Shown here: one piece after another, positions 1 through 12,221 of the stretch
Position numbering within the stretch: position 1 is the first letter of the stretch
Layout of the letters: each line of letters begins with the position of its first letter
DNA from: Eledone cirrhosa
Taxonomy: Eukaryota
Reading direction: 5' to 3'
Assembly (NCBI GenBank): GCA_964016885.1
Contig: OZ024740.1
Coordinates: 277,140,001 to 277,204,000 of the forward strand
DNA: 64,000 bases
The notes under the pieces: model-generated
Databases searched by the model: none
Told to the model about the DNA's origin: nothing
The model's input: the letters and a program-made list of their open reading frames with translations, nothing else
Position numbers and translations under genes: made by a program

Positions 1-37
<37 letters not shown>

Positions 38-439
38 CATATTAAATGGCAACCTTTCTTGAGCTGTTTCGAATCCAAGCACGATTTATCAAGTGTGACA
101 TCTCTGTACGTTTGGCACTTGAGGTACGGAATATTGAGATACTGAGGGTTATGCCACTGGAACTGAGATGCAGGAGATTATATAGCTATATGTAGCAATC
201 GTAAAAACTTTGTGACATTTTTCAAGGAGCATGCATTTAATAGGGCATATCACTGTGCTTAAAATACGGCACCAGGAGAAGAGGTAAGTCGAGGATAAGC
301 AGCCTTCTTGGGCCCTGGAATAGTGGTCATATTAAGATGTGTTTGGTTATCTTCAAATATCCAAGTATATAAGAACTGGAAAAGGGTACTAGCAATGTCC
401 CTTTTTTAAAGGTCTGCTACCATTCCCAATATAGATAGC

Positions 440-960
440 ACTAAATCCTGTGAACGATAATGTGCAGGCATTCATTGAAAATAATACACCTAGAGGGATT
501 CGTGTGTATTATGCATGTATGAGCACTGTTTGCGAAGTAAGTTTCAAGCATCTTGTCTTATTGAGTATCTATTTTCAGTCAAGCGAAAGCGAGGATTAGG
601 AAAAAGAAATGTTTTCTGTTAGTCACAATTTTTTAACTGTCTAGTATTGCAGCCGATCGTGCATCCACCTTTGTACTCTGTATGTAGGGTTGCTAGTTTT
701 GCTCTGTCTGGTGGCCATGTCGAACGATTTATCTTGAAGTGAGTGAAAAGATTGACTAAAGACAGTTTCCACTTCGTTTGTGCTCTCTCCAACACAAAAT
801 TCTAGTTAGAGGGAAAGGTGAGTGTGAGTATTAGGTGCTTCCCTGAATTAAATTGTCTGAAAAGTGGGTGAAAGTGACAAGTATCATCTCATAGGAATTA
901 GTCTACTTTACACCTGTATCCCAGAGTACACAAGGACAGATTAATCCTCTCTCTGTGTAG
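440..960 (+). mobile_element. Ancient, heavily decayed PLE reverse transcriptase remnant
   Basis: Manual translation gives LTKDSFHFVCALSN (~753-794) and SLLYTCIP (~900-923), in the order of the PLE RT motifs KDS.DF..L and SLYTNIP. No intact ORF. Confidence 0.3.
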
Positions 961-1163
961 TTCCTTGGTGTGTCATAAATGTCTGCCCCCACTAAAATGA
1001 CGTCACATTTCACCACTTTTTCTGTACTAATATGTTTTTATATGTCCGCTTTCTTTTTCTTTTTCTTTAAATATTTTTTCATGTATTATTCTCTTATCTA
1101 GCGACCTTGTAGTAAATAAAGGAATTAGTATTGTTATTTCTCTTATTATTATTATTATCATTG

Positions 1164-1240
1164 TCGATAAAATAAAGTACCAGTAATGCACTCGGTAATT
1201 GCTGGCCTTGTGCCTAAAGTAGAAACAATTATTATTATTA
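1164..1240 (+). mobile_element. SINE family A, 3' fragment
   Basis: gtcgataaaataaagtaccagtaatgcact...gctggccttgtgcctaaagtagaaaca followed by (ATT)n, matching the other copies. Confidence 0.8.
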
Positions 1241-1250
1241 TCATTATATA

Positions 1251-1470
1251 GGTGATTTGACAGTATCGGTAGAGTCGGACACCATGTTTTGCAGCATAGA
1301 GTTACGGTCCTTTACGGTCTGAGTTCAAATCCCACCGAGGTTAACTTTGCCTTTCTTCCTTACGGGGTCGATAAAATAAAGCACCACTAACGTACTGGGG
1401 TCGAATTAATCGACTTTCCCCTCCCCCGCAAATTACTGGCCTTGTGCCTATACGAGAAATCATTATTATT
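1251..1470 (+). mobile_element. tRNA-derived SINE family A, full length, (ATT)n tail
   Basis: Box A-like TGACAGTATCGGTAGAG, box B GAGTTCAAATCCC, body ttaactttgcctttc..ggggtcgataaaataaa (recalls the Meta/MESC domain, unverified), ATT tail. Many copies in the window. Confidence 0.85.
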
Positions 1471-2422
1471 ATCATTGTCAAGGTGATATAGTTAAATATG
1501 ACCCTATGGTGAGTTTAAATTCCCTTCATATACAACCCAGCAAAAAGAAATATTAAAATGGTGGTCAACTTCAAGCCAACAGAATGATTTTTAGTTATTC
1601 ATTAATTTTATTCATTTATTTATTACCGTTTTAAAAATCCCAACTAAGACAAGCTATGGATAAAACCACGAACCAATTTATAATTCCCGACTGACGTTTG
1701 TATAATATAAAATTTACTTGAAAAATTGATTTAATATTAATTGATTTTTAATTAATTCTTTTCCTATATTTCCACCATTATATTTTGCCGGGTGATAGAG
1801 AGAACGTCCATTTTGATTTTGGTTTTTATTTTTTAAAAAACATTTGTTGACATAGATTAAAACAATTTTTGTGGCAAAAACATTCCATAAATTATATTAT
1901 ATGGGATTATGGCAATAAGACATCCATTTTTTTTTTAGTATAAATACAGATACAATCACACACACAGACACACACACACACACACACATACACACATATT
2001 TATATATATATATATATATATATATGCATATATGTGTGTGAGGGAGAGAGAGAGTGTGTGGGTGTATGCGTGTGTGTGTATGCGTGTGAGAGTATGTGTA
2101 TTCGAATTTATGAGTGTATAAGGGTGTTAAACACACTGAAAGTAATAAAAGGTTCATGCATCTACATAAATGTCAATAAAACTACATGTGCAAATCAATC
2201 ATTACCAATAATCACATGTTTATGATTAGGTTGAGTAAAGTAGAAAATATACATTTATTAGGGTCTCCTTCCACGTGTAAGCGTGAAGTTGTAGAGACAG
2301 CCATTAATTGATTTTTTTTTCTAGCAAAATAGAAAAAAACAAACCTTGACTCTTTAAAATAAACAACATGATCATTCGCATATATATGTGTGTGTGTGTA
2401 TATATATATATATGTGTGTGTG

Positions 2423-2468
<46 letters not shown>

Positions 2469-2472
2469 TAAT

Positions 2473-2717
<245 letters not shown>

Positions 2718-2796
2718 TAATAAATGTGAAGACTAAAATCCAAAGCGGGCTCGATAAGGATAAATATATATTAAATATATAAAAACCGTAGAGCAA

Positions 2797-2944
2797 ATAT
2801 TTATTAAAATAACAGATTAAAGTTTAAGCAAAGAATCGGTGCTTTCACCTTTAACGGGATCTTCTGAAACTCAGTTTCAGAAGATCCCGTTAAGGGTGAA
2901 AGCAGTGATTCTTTTCTTTGCTTAAACTTTAATCTGTTATTTTA

Positions 2945-2952
<8 letters not shown>
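2797..2952. repeat. Near-perfect palindrome (about 75-80 bp arms, 1-nt centre), probably of a PLE terminus
   Basis: 2797-2871 is the reverse complement of 2873-2952 apart from a few mismatches and one 5-nt duplication. The same arm recurs at about 9141-9215. Confidence 0.9.
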
Positions 2953-2984
<32 letters not shown>

Positions 2985-3824
2985 AATCGAGATGTTGCTT
3001 GTGGTATAGTTTAAATATTATAGATCCATAATTAGCACTATAATCTTTAACCATGAAATGAGCGCTACTCTGTATATGATATGCTACGGTATATCACAAA
3101 TAATAAGATGTTGAAAACTATCTGATCATTCAATGCATCCATACATAGCAATACTATGATAAAAGTTTCAAATATTCAATTTTTATAATTATGTTCATCT
3201 TTCATACATATAGTATATATGGGATAATATAGGAATTGATATAGTGATATTAAAAGGATAGGCGGATAGTTGTGTGGTCTCGGATGCCAATCAACAGAAG
3301 GAAATCTATGTACCGAAATATACAAAAATAAAGACTTACATCATCATTAACCGACAAAGGTTCCGTATTCCAATGATTCAAGGGAAAGAAATTGGAAAGC
3401 AATCTAAAATACAACGGCAGCGTCAAAGACACCACGGTTTAACTATGAATCTGGTTCAACACGATTGACAATAAATAGCAACTGGGAAGATTTCAGGTAT
3501 GGTGCTTCCATTGTGCCATCATACATTGACTTCAATCGTCATTCCATTACTAATAAATGAATTCCCAATGACTCAAGTAAAGGCAGTGGAAAGATTAAGG
3601 GGATCTTCAGGTTTCTACTTGAGTAGAATATCTCGGATGCTTATTTCCTATATATAAATATTTGTGAGCGCGCGGTGTGCGTGCGTGTGTGACAGTGTGT
3701 CTGTGTGCGCATATAAGTGATTGTGTGTGTCTACCTGTGTCTGTTTACATATTATTGTTTAGGCCACAGTAAGGACAATGTTCTTCAGGCAATAGGAGCG
3801 AGCCAAACTAACACCACTAGTTTG

Positions 3825-4228
3825 TCTTCTTCTTCTTCTTCTTCCCGAGAGAGTCGTGGAGGTAGAGTCCTCTCTTCTAGCGGGTCCTATCAGAAGCAAC
3901 CGTCTCCAACTGATCCGACTGGATTTCCAAGCATGACCAGCCAAGCTCATAGATGCTATCCAACCATCTTGCTCGGGGTCTACTCCTGGGTCTCTTGGCG
4001 ATTGGTTCTGTCTGTAAAATCTGTCCAGCGATTCTTTCCTGAGACATTCTAATAATATGCCCATAGTATCGGAGCTGTGATCTCTTCATTCAAAAAAGTA
4101 GCGGCTCTACCTGGAGTAACATTTCTGATCTCCGAGCCACGCATTTTATCGATTTTATCAATTAAGGTTTCACCAAAGACCCTTCGGAGGAATTCTATTT
4201 CGGCCGCTTGTATTCGCGATCTTATTCT
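3825..4228 (-). mobile_element. RTE-clade LINE, 5'-truncated 3' end with (GAA)n tail
   Basis: RIRSRIQAAEIEFLRRV...KRSQLRYYGHIIRMSQERIAGQILQ...KRPRSRPRARWLDSI is a typical RTE C-terminus. (TTC)n on plus at 3825-3845. Confidence 0.85.
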
Positions 4229-4703
4229 TTATAGTATATAAAACGGAAATATTATCTAGTTCAAATGAATCAATGAAATTAGATATGACGGAACAATTAC
4301 TTATAAACATTTGTGCGCGGTTTATTTAATCTTTAATGTTAATCTAATGAAATATTCATGTGTATATTTAAAAGCTGATTATCACACTACTCTTCCCCCA
4401 TTTTATAAATATGATAGATTATAATACAGTTATTCTACCCAAAAAATGTATGGGCGGTTCAACTTTATATGTTGGTTTTGTTTTTTTTCTTCAGCTGTAA
4501 CTATCCCCAATCTGTGTAAATCGAACAAACCGCTCATTAAAGACATTCCATTTCTATATACCAGGCTTCGTTCACCATTGGGTTTCTTAAAACACTAATG
4601 TGTGATTTGAAGGGAATTTGGCTGCAAATTCTAGCAGGTCAAGCAAATACGTATGCGTTTCCTTCGCCGTAGTTGTCAGTGATTGTATTTAATAATCTAT
4701 CCA

Positions 4704-5087
4704 TCTATATACTGCTAAAACTCTGTAATTGCTTGCTTGCTTGCTTGTCTGTAATATAATACAGCCAAAAGGGTGCATATTGGGAAAATACTTTGAAGGG
4801 AAGTTGACCCTGATACAAATCGAATAAAACAAGTTTCACATAAATCGGAGCACAGGATCCCGAGATATGGGTTTTCTGGACACCTTCATAAATAGCCAAA
4901 ACGGTGCATACTGAAAAAATAATCTGAAAGTAACATAACACTGCAAACCTTCATAAATAGCCAAAAGGTGTATAATGGGAAAAATACTCCGAAAGTAACA
5001 ACCCGGAAATAGGAATACAAACGAAATAAAACAAGTTTTTCGGGTACCTTGAACTATTGGTGACCCAACGGATCACGGGTAGTTTAG
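4704..5087 (+). mobile_element. Non-autonomous Helitron-like element
   Basis: A|TCTATATACT start, (GCTT)n near the 5' end, internal repeats (accttcataaatagccaaaa twice), 3' hairpin GTGACC-caac-GGATCAC then TTAG|T (variant of CTAG). Confidence 0.5.
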
Positions 5088-5254
5088 TTATATATAAATA
5101 TATTTAAGATGGTGTTGAATTGAACGTGGGACATCTTATCTGCCAAGATAATATCTTAGTCATACGACCAAGACTAAACCTGATAATTCTTGTTTGAGCA
5201 CATACACTTACACATGCACATATACGGACAGATATTTAATTTAGCTGAAATTAT

Positions 5255-5539
5255 ATACATACATACATGCATGCATACATACATGCATGCATGCATACAT
5301 ACATACATACATACATACATACATACATACATACATACATACATACATACATACATACAAAACTGCATATATGCATATGTGTACATCTCATATAAATTCC
5401 ATGCAAATTACGTCTTTCACCTTGAGAATTTTCCCTCTTATTCATACGGTCCCCAACTCTCTTAACCTATTTGAATCCTAGGCAATGCACATACATACAT
5501 ACATACATACATACATACATACATACATACATACATACA

Positions 5540-5573
<34 letters not shown>

Positions 5574-5641
5574 CATAATACATACATACATACATACATA
5601 CATACATACATACATACATACATACATACATACATACATAC
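5255..5641 (+). repeat. (TACA)n microsatellite tracts
   Basis: Direct reading; interrupted by a unique segment at about 5360-5485. Confidence 0.95.
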
Positions 5642-5968
5642 AGGAGAAGGAGGACATCTACGGACCATTGATGAGGAGTTTACAAATCCAGTATCCAAGA
5701 TACACCTTTAGCTTCATACCCATCATTATTGGTGCTACGGGTTATATACCAACCCGCTTGGACCAAAGTATGACTGAACTTGGATTTGCGGACAAAGAGC
5801 GCAGCTCCCTAATTCATAGTCTACAAATGGCTGCGATAGCTGGCACCTTCAAAATTTTCAAAACATTCTTGCGATTCAAGGGATGACAATTTCTTTTCTT
5901 TTACAACCTTGCCACCAGGAAGGTGGTCGGTCAAAAAAATATACTCGAAATTAAGAGAAAGAGATAAT
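5641..5968 (+). mobile_element. R4/Dong-like restriction-like-endonuclease (RLE) retrotransposon, 5'-truncated C-terminus plus 3'UTR, inside (TACA)n
   Basis: EKEDIYGPL...FIPIIIGATGYIP...LQMAAIAGTFKIFKTFL aligns with EKLSKYKDL...TIPVVVGALGMI...IQKIVLMGTAHILRKIL of the Dong ORF at 35092-35610. Stop at 5884-5886. TACA repeats on both sides. Confidence 0.75.
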
Positions 5969-7204
5969 ATACATGCATACATACATACTTAAATACCACA
6001 CATTCATAAGTACGTATGTACGTACTACATACTTACATACACGCATGCGTACATTCATACATACATGCGCTCATACCTTACTATCAAACTTTATATTGCT
6101 TTAGCTGTTTCGTTTCGATGTCTATATTTACTTATATTGGTATAGACGTATGTAAGCACTACGTATATCTAGTGTATTTGCATTAATTTCCGTAACTATA
6201 TTTAAGCGGTAATTGAATGTAACGTCCCTGATGCTATTGGATTCTGGCATTTGAGAACCTTACCAGATACGATGCGGTCTTACATTTTCAGATATATACC
6301 CTTCTCACAATACGCTTCACAAGTGTGTTGAAGTAAAAATACGAAATCTCGATAGAAATGAAATCAAACTTTGTGGATGTTGCCTGGTAGTGATTAAATT
6401 AACTATCACCAACCGACCAGATGCGTTCTGTTATCTTTACCCCTGAGATATGTACGCCGTGCTTCTTTATTTCTTTCATATTTTAGACCCATTTTCAAGA
6501 ACATTGTGAGGAATCTAAAGTATTATATGACAATATAATGTTTAGCAAAACCTGAAAACAAATGAATTCATAATTATATGGTAGTACGTAATGAATTTGC
6601 CGAACATAGTCAAAGTTAGCCTCTGCAAAGTTAACCAGCAAACAAGTTAACCTCTGCAAGATTTGCAATGGGAACGTTAAGAGCTGTAACCAAATATCTT
6701 AGAGGATTTTGTTGAACGATCAAAGAAAATAATCATTTCTTACATCGACACAAAGCCATAGTGTTTTTATGGAAGTGACCCTCGATTGAACAGATTTCAG
6801 TTATGTATTGTTATTATATCTTATCGAGAGCGAAGAGATAAATTGTTACGATGAAGAGGTTAAGATATGAGTACAGGTCATGATAAAAAAAAAAATACAT
6901 AGAAAATAGAGTGTATATAGGAATTTCATTTCAAAATCACGTTCGGCAGACAACAATCCCAATGCTTTGCACATTCAGAAGGTGTTTAATCGTATTGCTC
7001 TAGGTTTGTACAATAATTCACGACTATAATACACAATTTAATACGCTGACACTCTGCATAAGTCGCGCATATATACACACAGATTGAGACACTCACGCAC
7101 ACACAAACGCACACACAAACACACACACACAGGTGTGTGTGTATGCGTTTCTGTGGGTGCATGAGTGTGTGTGTGTATGTGTGTGTGTATGTGTGTGTGT
7201 GTGT

Positions 7205-7325
7205 GCGAAGGCGCGTGGATTAGTGGGTAGAGAGTTGGATTCACTATCATGAATTAGATTTCCGGACCAGGTGATGCGTTGTGTCCTTGAGTAAGACACT
7301 ATTTCACGTTGGTCCAGTTCACTAA
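7205..7325 (+). mobile_element. CORE-type tRNA SINE fragment
   Basis: Decayed tRNA head followed by gttgtgtccttgagtaagacactatttcacgttggtccagttcact. Related to 27790-27937 and 28895-29160. Confidence 0.6.
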
Positions 7326-7401
7326 AATACAATTTAAAAAAAACAACCCTATTTACAAGTTAAGAATTGTATTATATAGTATTATTTATTATTCTTTTTA
7401 T

Positions 7402-7590
7402 GGCGGATTGGCAGTATCGGTAGAGGGTCGGACACCTTGCTTTGACTCAAAGAGTTACGGCCCTTGCCATCCTGAGTTCAAATCCCGCCAAGGTTAACTT
7501 TGCCCTTCATCCTTACGGGGTCGATAAAATAAAATACCAGTAATGCACTGGGTATTTGCTGGCCTTGCGCCAAAAGTAGAAGCAATTATT
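7402..7590 (+). mobile_element. SINE family A, full length
   Basis: Box A/B, body and tail; imperfect ~19-20 bp target-site duplication (TSD) attatttatt(a/t)ttctttt. Confidence 0.85.
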
Positions 7591-7704
7591 TATTTTTCTT
7601 TTATAAGTTGGTCCTAAATCGCTCCTATCGTTTATAAACGCCACTACTGAACGTCTCACACCTGCTAACTCTACGTGTTTTAACAATGGACATTATTTTC
7701 GGGT

Positions 7705-7786
<82 letters not shown>

Positions 7787-8519
7787 GCGCATATGTGTAT
7801 ACATATATATATAATCTTTGCTAATGCAATCTTACAACACACAAAATACAATTACTCAATTAAATAAATCAAAATTAAAAGCTACCCTTTATACCGGTAC
7901 CAAGAAGAGAAACGTCATTCGGCCACAGCCACCCTCAATATATGATGTTAATCAAATTGTGGATACCAGATAAATTAGTACCATATACTCAGCAATCCAT
8001 TAAATACATATTCCTATCAAGAGAAAACAAAGCACTTCTTACCGGAGACCTTTCTAAAAGCATCTTAGTTCACATATATTATCGGATAAATGATTCAATA
8101 TATATAGCGAGTCGAACTTGCTTACAACGGTAGGGTGAAGAAAATGAGAACAATCTCTTTTCAGTTACGGAAAATAATGTGTGATTATTGGAAAAGAAGT
8201 AGGTTTAATGATGCTGGACAGGAAGTTATAACATTTATGGTCTCTAGGAGAGAAGAGCGAGCGAGGTTGATGGCTAATCCCAGACATGTCGAAATTTAGT
8301 TATGTGAGGGGTTATGTATCGTTATGCATGTATGTGTTTTAAAATAGCGTGTATAGAATTAATTCTCTGGTTTTGTGTGAAAATATGTTTGTGTATGAGT
8401 GTGTTATAGAGTGGAATACATGTTTTGAAGGGTTGTGTGTTATATTAACATAAAATAATCTTGGGAATATTTTCTAAATTGAATAGGAAACATTCTTAGT
8501 GTAGGGAAGGAATAATAAT

Positions 8520-8709
8520 TGCTTCTACTTTAGGCACAAGGCCAGCAATTACCCAGTACATTACTGGTACTTTATTTTATCGACCCCGTAAGGATGAAAG
8601 GCAAAGTTAACCCCGGCGGGATTTAAACTCAGACTATAAAGGGACGTAACCATGCTAGAAAGCATGGCGTCCAACCCTCTACCGATACTGCCAATTCACC
8701 GCCTTTCAC
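8520..8709 (-). mobile_element. SINE family A, full length, 17-bp TSD
   Basis: Exact TSD agggaaggaataataat at 8503-8519 and 8710-8726. Confidence 0.9.
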
Positions 8710-9082
8710 AGGGAAGGAATAATAATGCGTAGGAGGTGTGTTCGAACGGCCATAATAAAGTGTGTGCTATGTACACGATGCACCATAGTATGCAAGGATG
8801 CAATGCATTCAGGTAAAAGGGTGGAAATGCATGTATGGGCGTTTCTTAATGTGGTCAGAGAGGGGGAGTTAGCGGAAAGTAAATTCGTTATCTATGAGCT
8901 CAGGGAATAATAAATTGTGTTGTTCATTACGAAACCAAAAACAAGAATACGACAAACAGTGAGATGTGATTGACCTAGAAACTGAATGTGATAAGCAGCT
9001 GATAGTATTGCTACGGTACCATTTTGTAGGCCTGCTAACAAATGATCCTGTTTTTTCATTATACAATTAAATACAGATTTAG

Positions 9083-9140
<58 letters not shown>

Positions 9141-9143
<3 letters not shown>

Positions 9144-9420
9144 TTTATTAAAATAACAGATTAAAGTTTAAACAAAGAATCGCTGCTTTCATACTTAACG
9201 GGATCTTCTGAAACTAAAAAAGTCAATCTGTGAACGCAGAAGTAAATAGGATTCAGTTTGAAACTGGTTAAATCATTACTCAATAGAGTTCTCGATACTT
9301 GAGGTAGTAGAGTATATCTATATTATAAAGAATCGTCACCCCAACGGCTGAGCTCTTACCGTTTCAACAGCTAGTTAAAACGGCACGAGCACAACCGGCG
9401 GGGTCCCCACTCTTTATAAC
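9141..9420 (-). mobile_element. Probable PLE pseudo-LTR remnant between (TA)n tracts
   Basis: First ~75 bp match the 2797-2871 arm. Minus strand has CAGAAGA..GAAA and shares ACTCTACTACCTCAAGTAT with 15673-15695. Confidence 0.55.
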
Positions 9421-9549
9421 ATATATATATATACATATATGTGTGTGTGTGTGTGTGTGCGTGCGTATGTGTGTGTGTGTGCGTGTGCGTGTGTTGTGGG
9501 TGTGCATGTGCGCGCGCGTGTGTGTGTGTATGCGTGCGTGTGTGTGTGT

Positions 9550-9584
<35 letters not shown>

Positions 9585-9587
<3 letters not shown>

Positions 9588-9782
9588 TTTGCAGATATTC
9601 GGCTCGAGGTCTTTATTGATATGATAGATCTTATTCCATTATCGATCTGCTCATGAGATGTGTTTATTTACATCGAAATATTTCCATGTCTTTGATATAA
9701 ATCTTCAGTCTGAAGCTAAGATCGATACTGGAGTTAGGTTCATCATATCGATAAAGACCTCGAGGCGATTATCTGTGAAACA
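9585..9782. mobile_element. MITE-like element with ~64-bp imperfect terminal inverted repeats
   Basis: 9585-9648 is the imperfect reverse complement of 9719-9782; TA on both flanks. Confidence 0.65.
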
Positions 9783-9975
9783 TATGTAATGTCTAATATG
9801 GATTAAAAATATTCTAAAGTGAAAGCATATTATTTCATACATAATATATACACTTTGTTGATTAGATACCGCGAGAACACACGTTGTTTGGAATCACACA
9901 GTTCATGTGATTATATAGAATGCTCATATTTGTGCTACTTCCAGTAAACAACAACATTCATAAATAACTTACACT

Positions 9976-10056
<81 letters not shown>

Positions 10057-10064
10057 CACATACA

Positions 10065-10113
<49 letters not shown>

Positions 10114-10199
10114 CCGGAGTAAACAGACCGACCTGCGCATTTCGTTGGGTGCTCTACCCTGCATACTGAAGTGGCGGTAAATAACCATAATATACTTAA

Positions 10200-10230
<31 letters not shown>

Positions 10231-11137
10231 ATGTAGGAGGTGAGTTTTATTGTAGTACAATAAAGCAATGCTTTATTTAATATTTTTGTCTTTCAAGGAC
10301 CATATGAGTTTTGAGAGAGCCGTGTTGGTTCTTTTAAGTTTGTATTTAAAAGACGAATGATGGTTATAAAAACGAGCTTTAAAGGAGGTGGAGTGGGGCC
10401 AATTCCTTCACCAATTTGGCTCCACTTCCACCTCCTTTAAAGCTCGTCTTTATAACCATCATTCGTCTTTTAAATACAAACTTAAAAGAACCAACACGGC
10501 TCTCTCAGAACTCATATGGTCCTTGAAAGACAAAAATATTAAATATAGCATCTTTTGGAAGGTTTCTTTTGCGTCTTTATACTTGAACAGTTCTCTATCC
10601 AAGATTTGCAATCTCTGTCTAAATGAAAAATTTACCATTATATCTAATTTAGATTCTATAATAAATAGACGCACTGACTTGTTTTCTATCTGCTTGCATA
10701 AATTCCACAAAACATTCCACAAAGTATACAGCTAATATCCAAAACTTTATCAATTTAGAATCTTTTCTCAAAGGCACATATATATATATATATATATACT
10801 TCTTTAAAAATATACCCATCTTTCTACCTTATTTCAAAGTTATTTATTATACATTATATAATACCTGTTACTCATTCTATTTCACTCCTATTTATCACTT
10901 CCCTTTCTTCTCTTTTTCTTTTAATGTCAAACCCCTAATCTGTACCTTTTCTCACTGTTGCCTAACATAGAAACAATTATTACATAATACAATACATTCT
11001 TACTCTATATCACCTTGTAAAAATCCTTCGTAAACATAAACATTTTTTTGACGTTAGATTATTCATCCTCAATTCATTATTTTTTCTCCCTTTCATCTAA
11101 CTTATTCATGCTCATCTCATAATATATCCTTACTTTA

Positions 11138-11310
11138 ATAATACATATCAACATTTTCTTTCCATCGCACATATTATTAAACCCTTAAATATTATTCTTA
11201 ATACATATTAACTTTTTCTTTCCATCGCACATATTATTAAACCCTTAAATATTATTCTTAATACATATTAACATTTTCTTTTCATCGCACATATTATTAA
11301 ACCCTTCAAT
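11138..11310 (+). repeat. 60-bp tandem repeat, about 3 copies, in the PLE 3'UTR
   Basis: tccatcgcacatattattaaaccctt recurs at 11161, 11221 and 11281. Confidence 0.9.
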
Positions 11311-11673
11311 ATACAAACCTTAACTTTACATTATTTTTCTCTTCGTTAATTTTCAAATTCTTTTAATTTATACATTATCTTCCAACGGTTTTCAACCTCT
11401 CTATGTAAAACAATATATTTTTCTCGGTTATAAAAGCTATCTCTCTCTCTCTATCACCCATCTCTCCTCCTATCTCATCCTTCCTCATTATACTCCTCCC
11501 TCTCCACTTTTTACTCTCATCTCCTCCTCTTTTTCATCCTTTCCAACCAACCCCCTCAAAATAAAATATTTTTCCCAATATCACACATCAATGTAAAACT
11601 ACTTTTCATATGTTGATTTAAAACTGCACTATCCACAAGTGTTTTTTTTAAACCTTCATATCATGTCTTCCTT

Positions 11674-11740
11674 TTTTATCTGATGAAAACACAAATATTA
11701 TTGCATGATGATATTTGTTTTTGAAATGCGCATAATAAAA
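11674..11740 (+). ncRNA. Minimal type I hammerhead ribozyme (PLE-associated)
   Basis: Stem I TTTTAT/ATAAAA; CTGATGA at 11680-86; 15-bp stem II with one mismatch; GAAA at 11723-26; palindromic stem III TGCGCA; predicted cleavage after AUA (11734). Confidence 0.75.
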
Positions 11741-11770
11741 TACATGGAACTCTTTTAACCATCTTTTGTT

Positions 11771-11820
<50 letters not shown>

Positions 11821-11989
11821 GATAAATCTACCAAGAGTTTACGGTATATATTGTTATGCTTTGGGAGGGTCATGTTGCCAATAAGAAACACACGCACCAG
11901 TTGCTTTCACTTCAATTTATTATAAATTTAGGAATTTATAAATTTTCGTTTGGTTGGTTGGTTCCACAGCCAGACGATTGTTCATATAT

Positions 11990-12035
11990 TGTAAAAGTTC
12001 TTTCGTCACACATTCTGTGACCTCTTCAGTGACTG
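11990..12035 (-). ncRNA. Hammerhead-like motif in the Neptune 3' end, stems I and III decayed
   Basis: Minus strand reads CTGAAGA-G-GTCACA-gaatg-TGTGAC-GAAA. Confidence 0.5.
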
Positions 12036-12221
12036 GGGATTATTTTCTTTGTTTTTGTGCCTCTCCTTTGTCCTGTCCTACGCCATCTTGTATTTGTGTG
12101 TGTTGTGTGCTTAGTTTGCGTATGTGTTGCATCCGGGTGTCTGTGTGTGTTTATATTCGTTTATTTATTTGTTTATTTACATGTTACTGGTTTTTTTTTT
12201 GTTCTATGTGTGTGTGTGTTT

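Larger units (their letters stand above)
10268..11775 (+). mobile_element. Naiad-type PLE 3' portion: GIY-YIG C-terminus, 3'UTR, hammerhead, inverted 5' duplication
   Basis: ORF 10388-10735 FKARLYNHHSSF..TALSELIWSLKD..CNLCLNEK..INRRTDLFSICLH matches the Naiad CxxC..CxH tail. 10268-10402 is an inverted copy of 10416-10551. Flanked by (TA)n. Confidence 0.8.

Noticed and set aside
1251-1340. tRNA genes at SINE heads
   Set aside because: Box A and B are present but the spacing is extended, there is no cloverleaf, and each runs into a SINE body.
10735-11775. SECIS element (some Naiad PLEs encode selenoproteins)
   Set aside because: No in-frame TGA in the retained ORF and no convincing AUGA/AA/GA kink-turn stem by eye; SECISearch would settle it.
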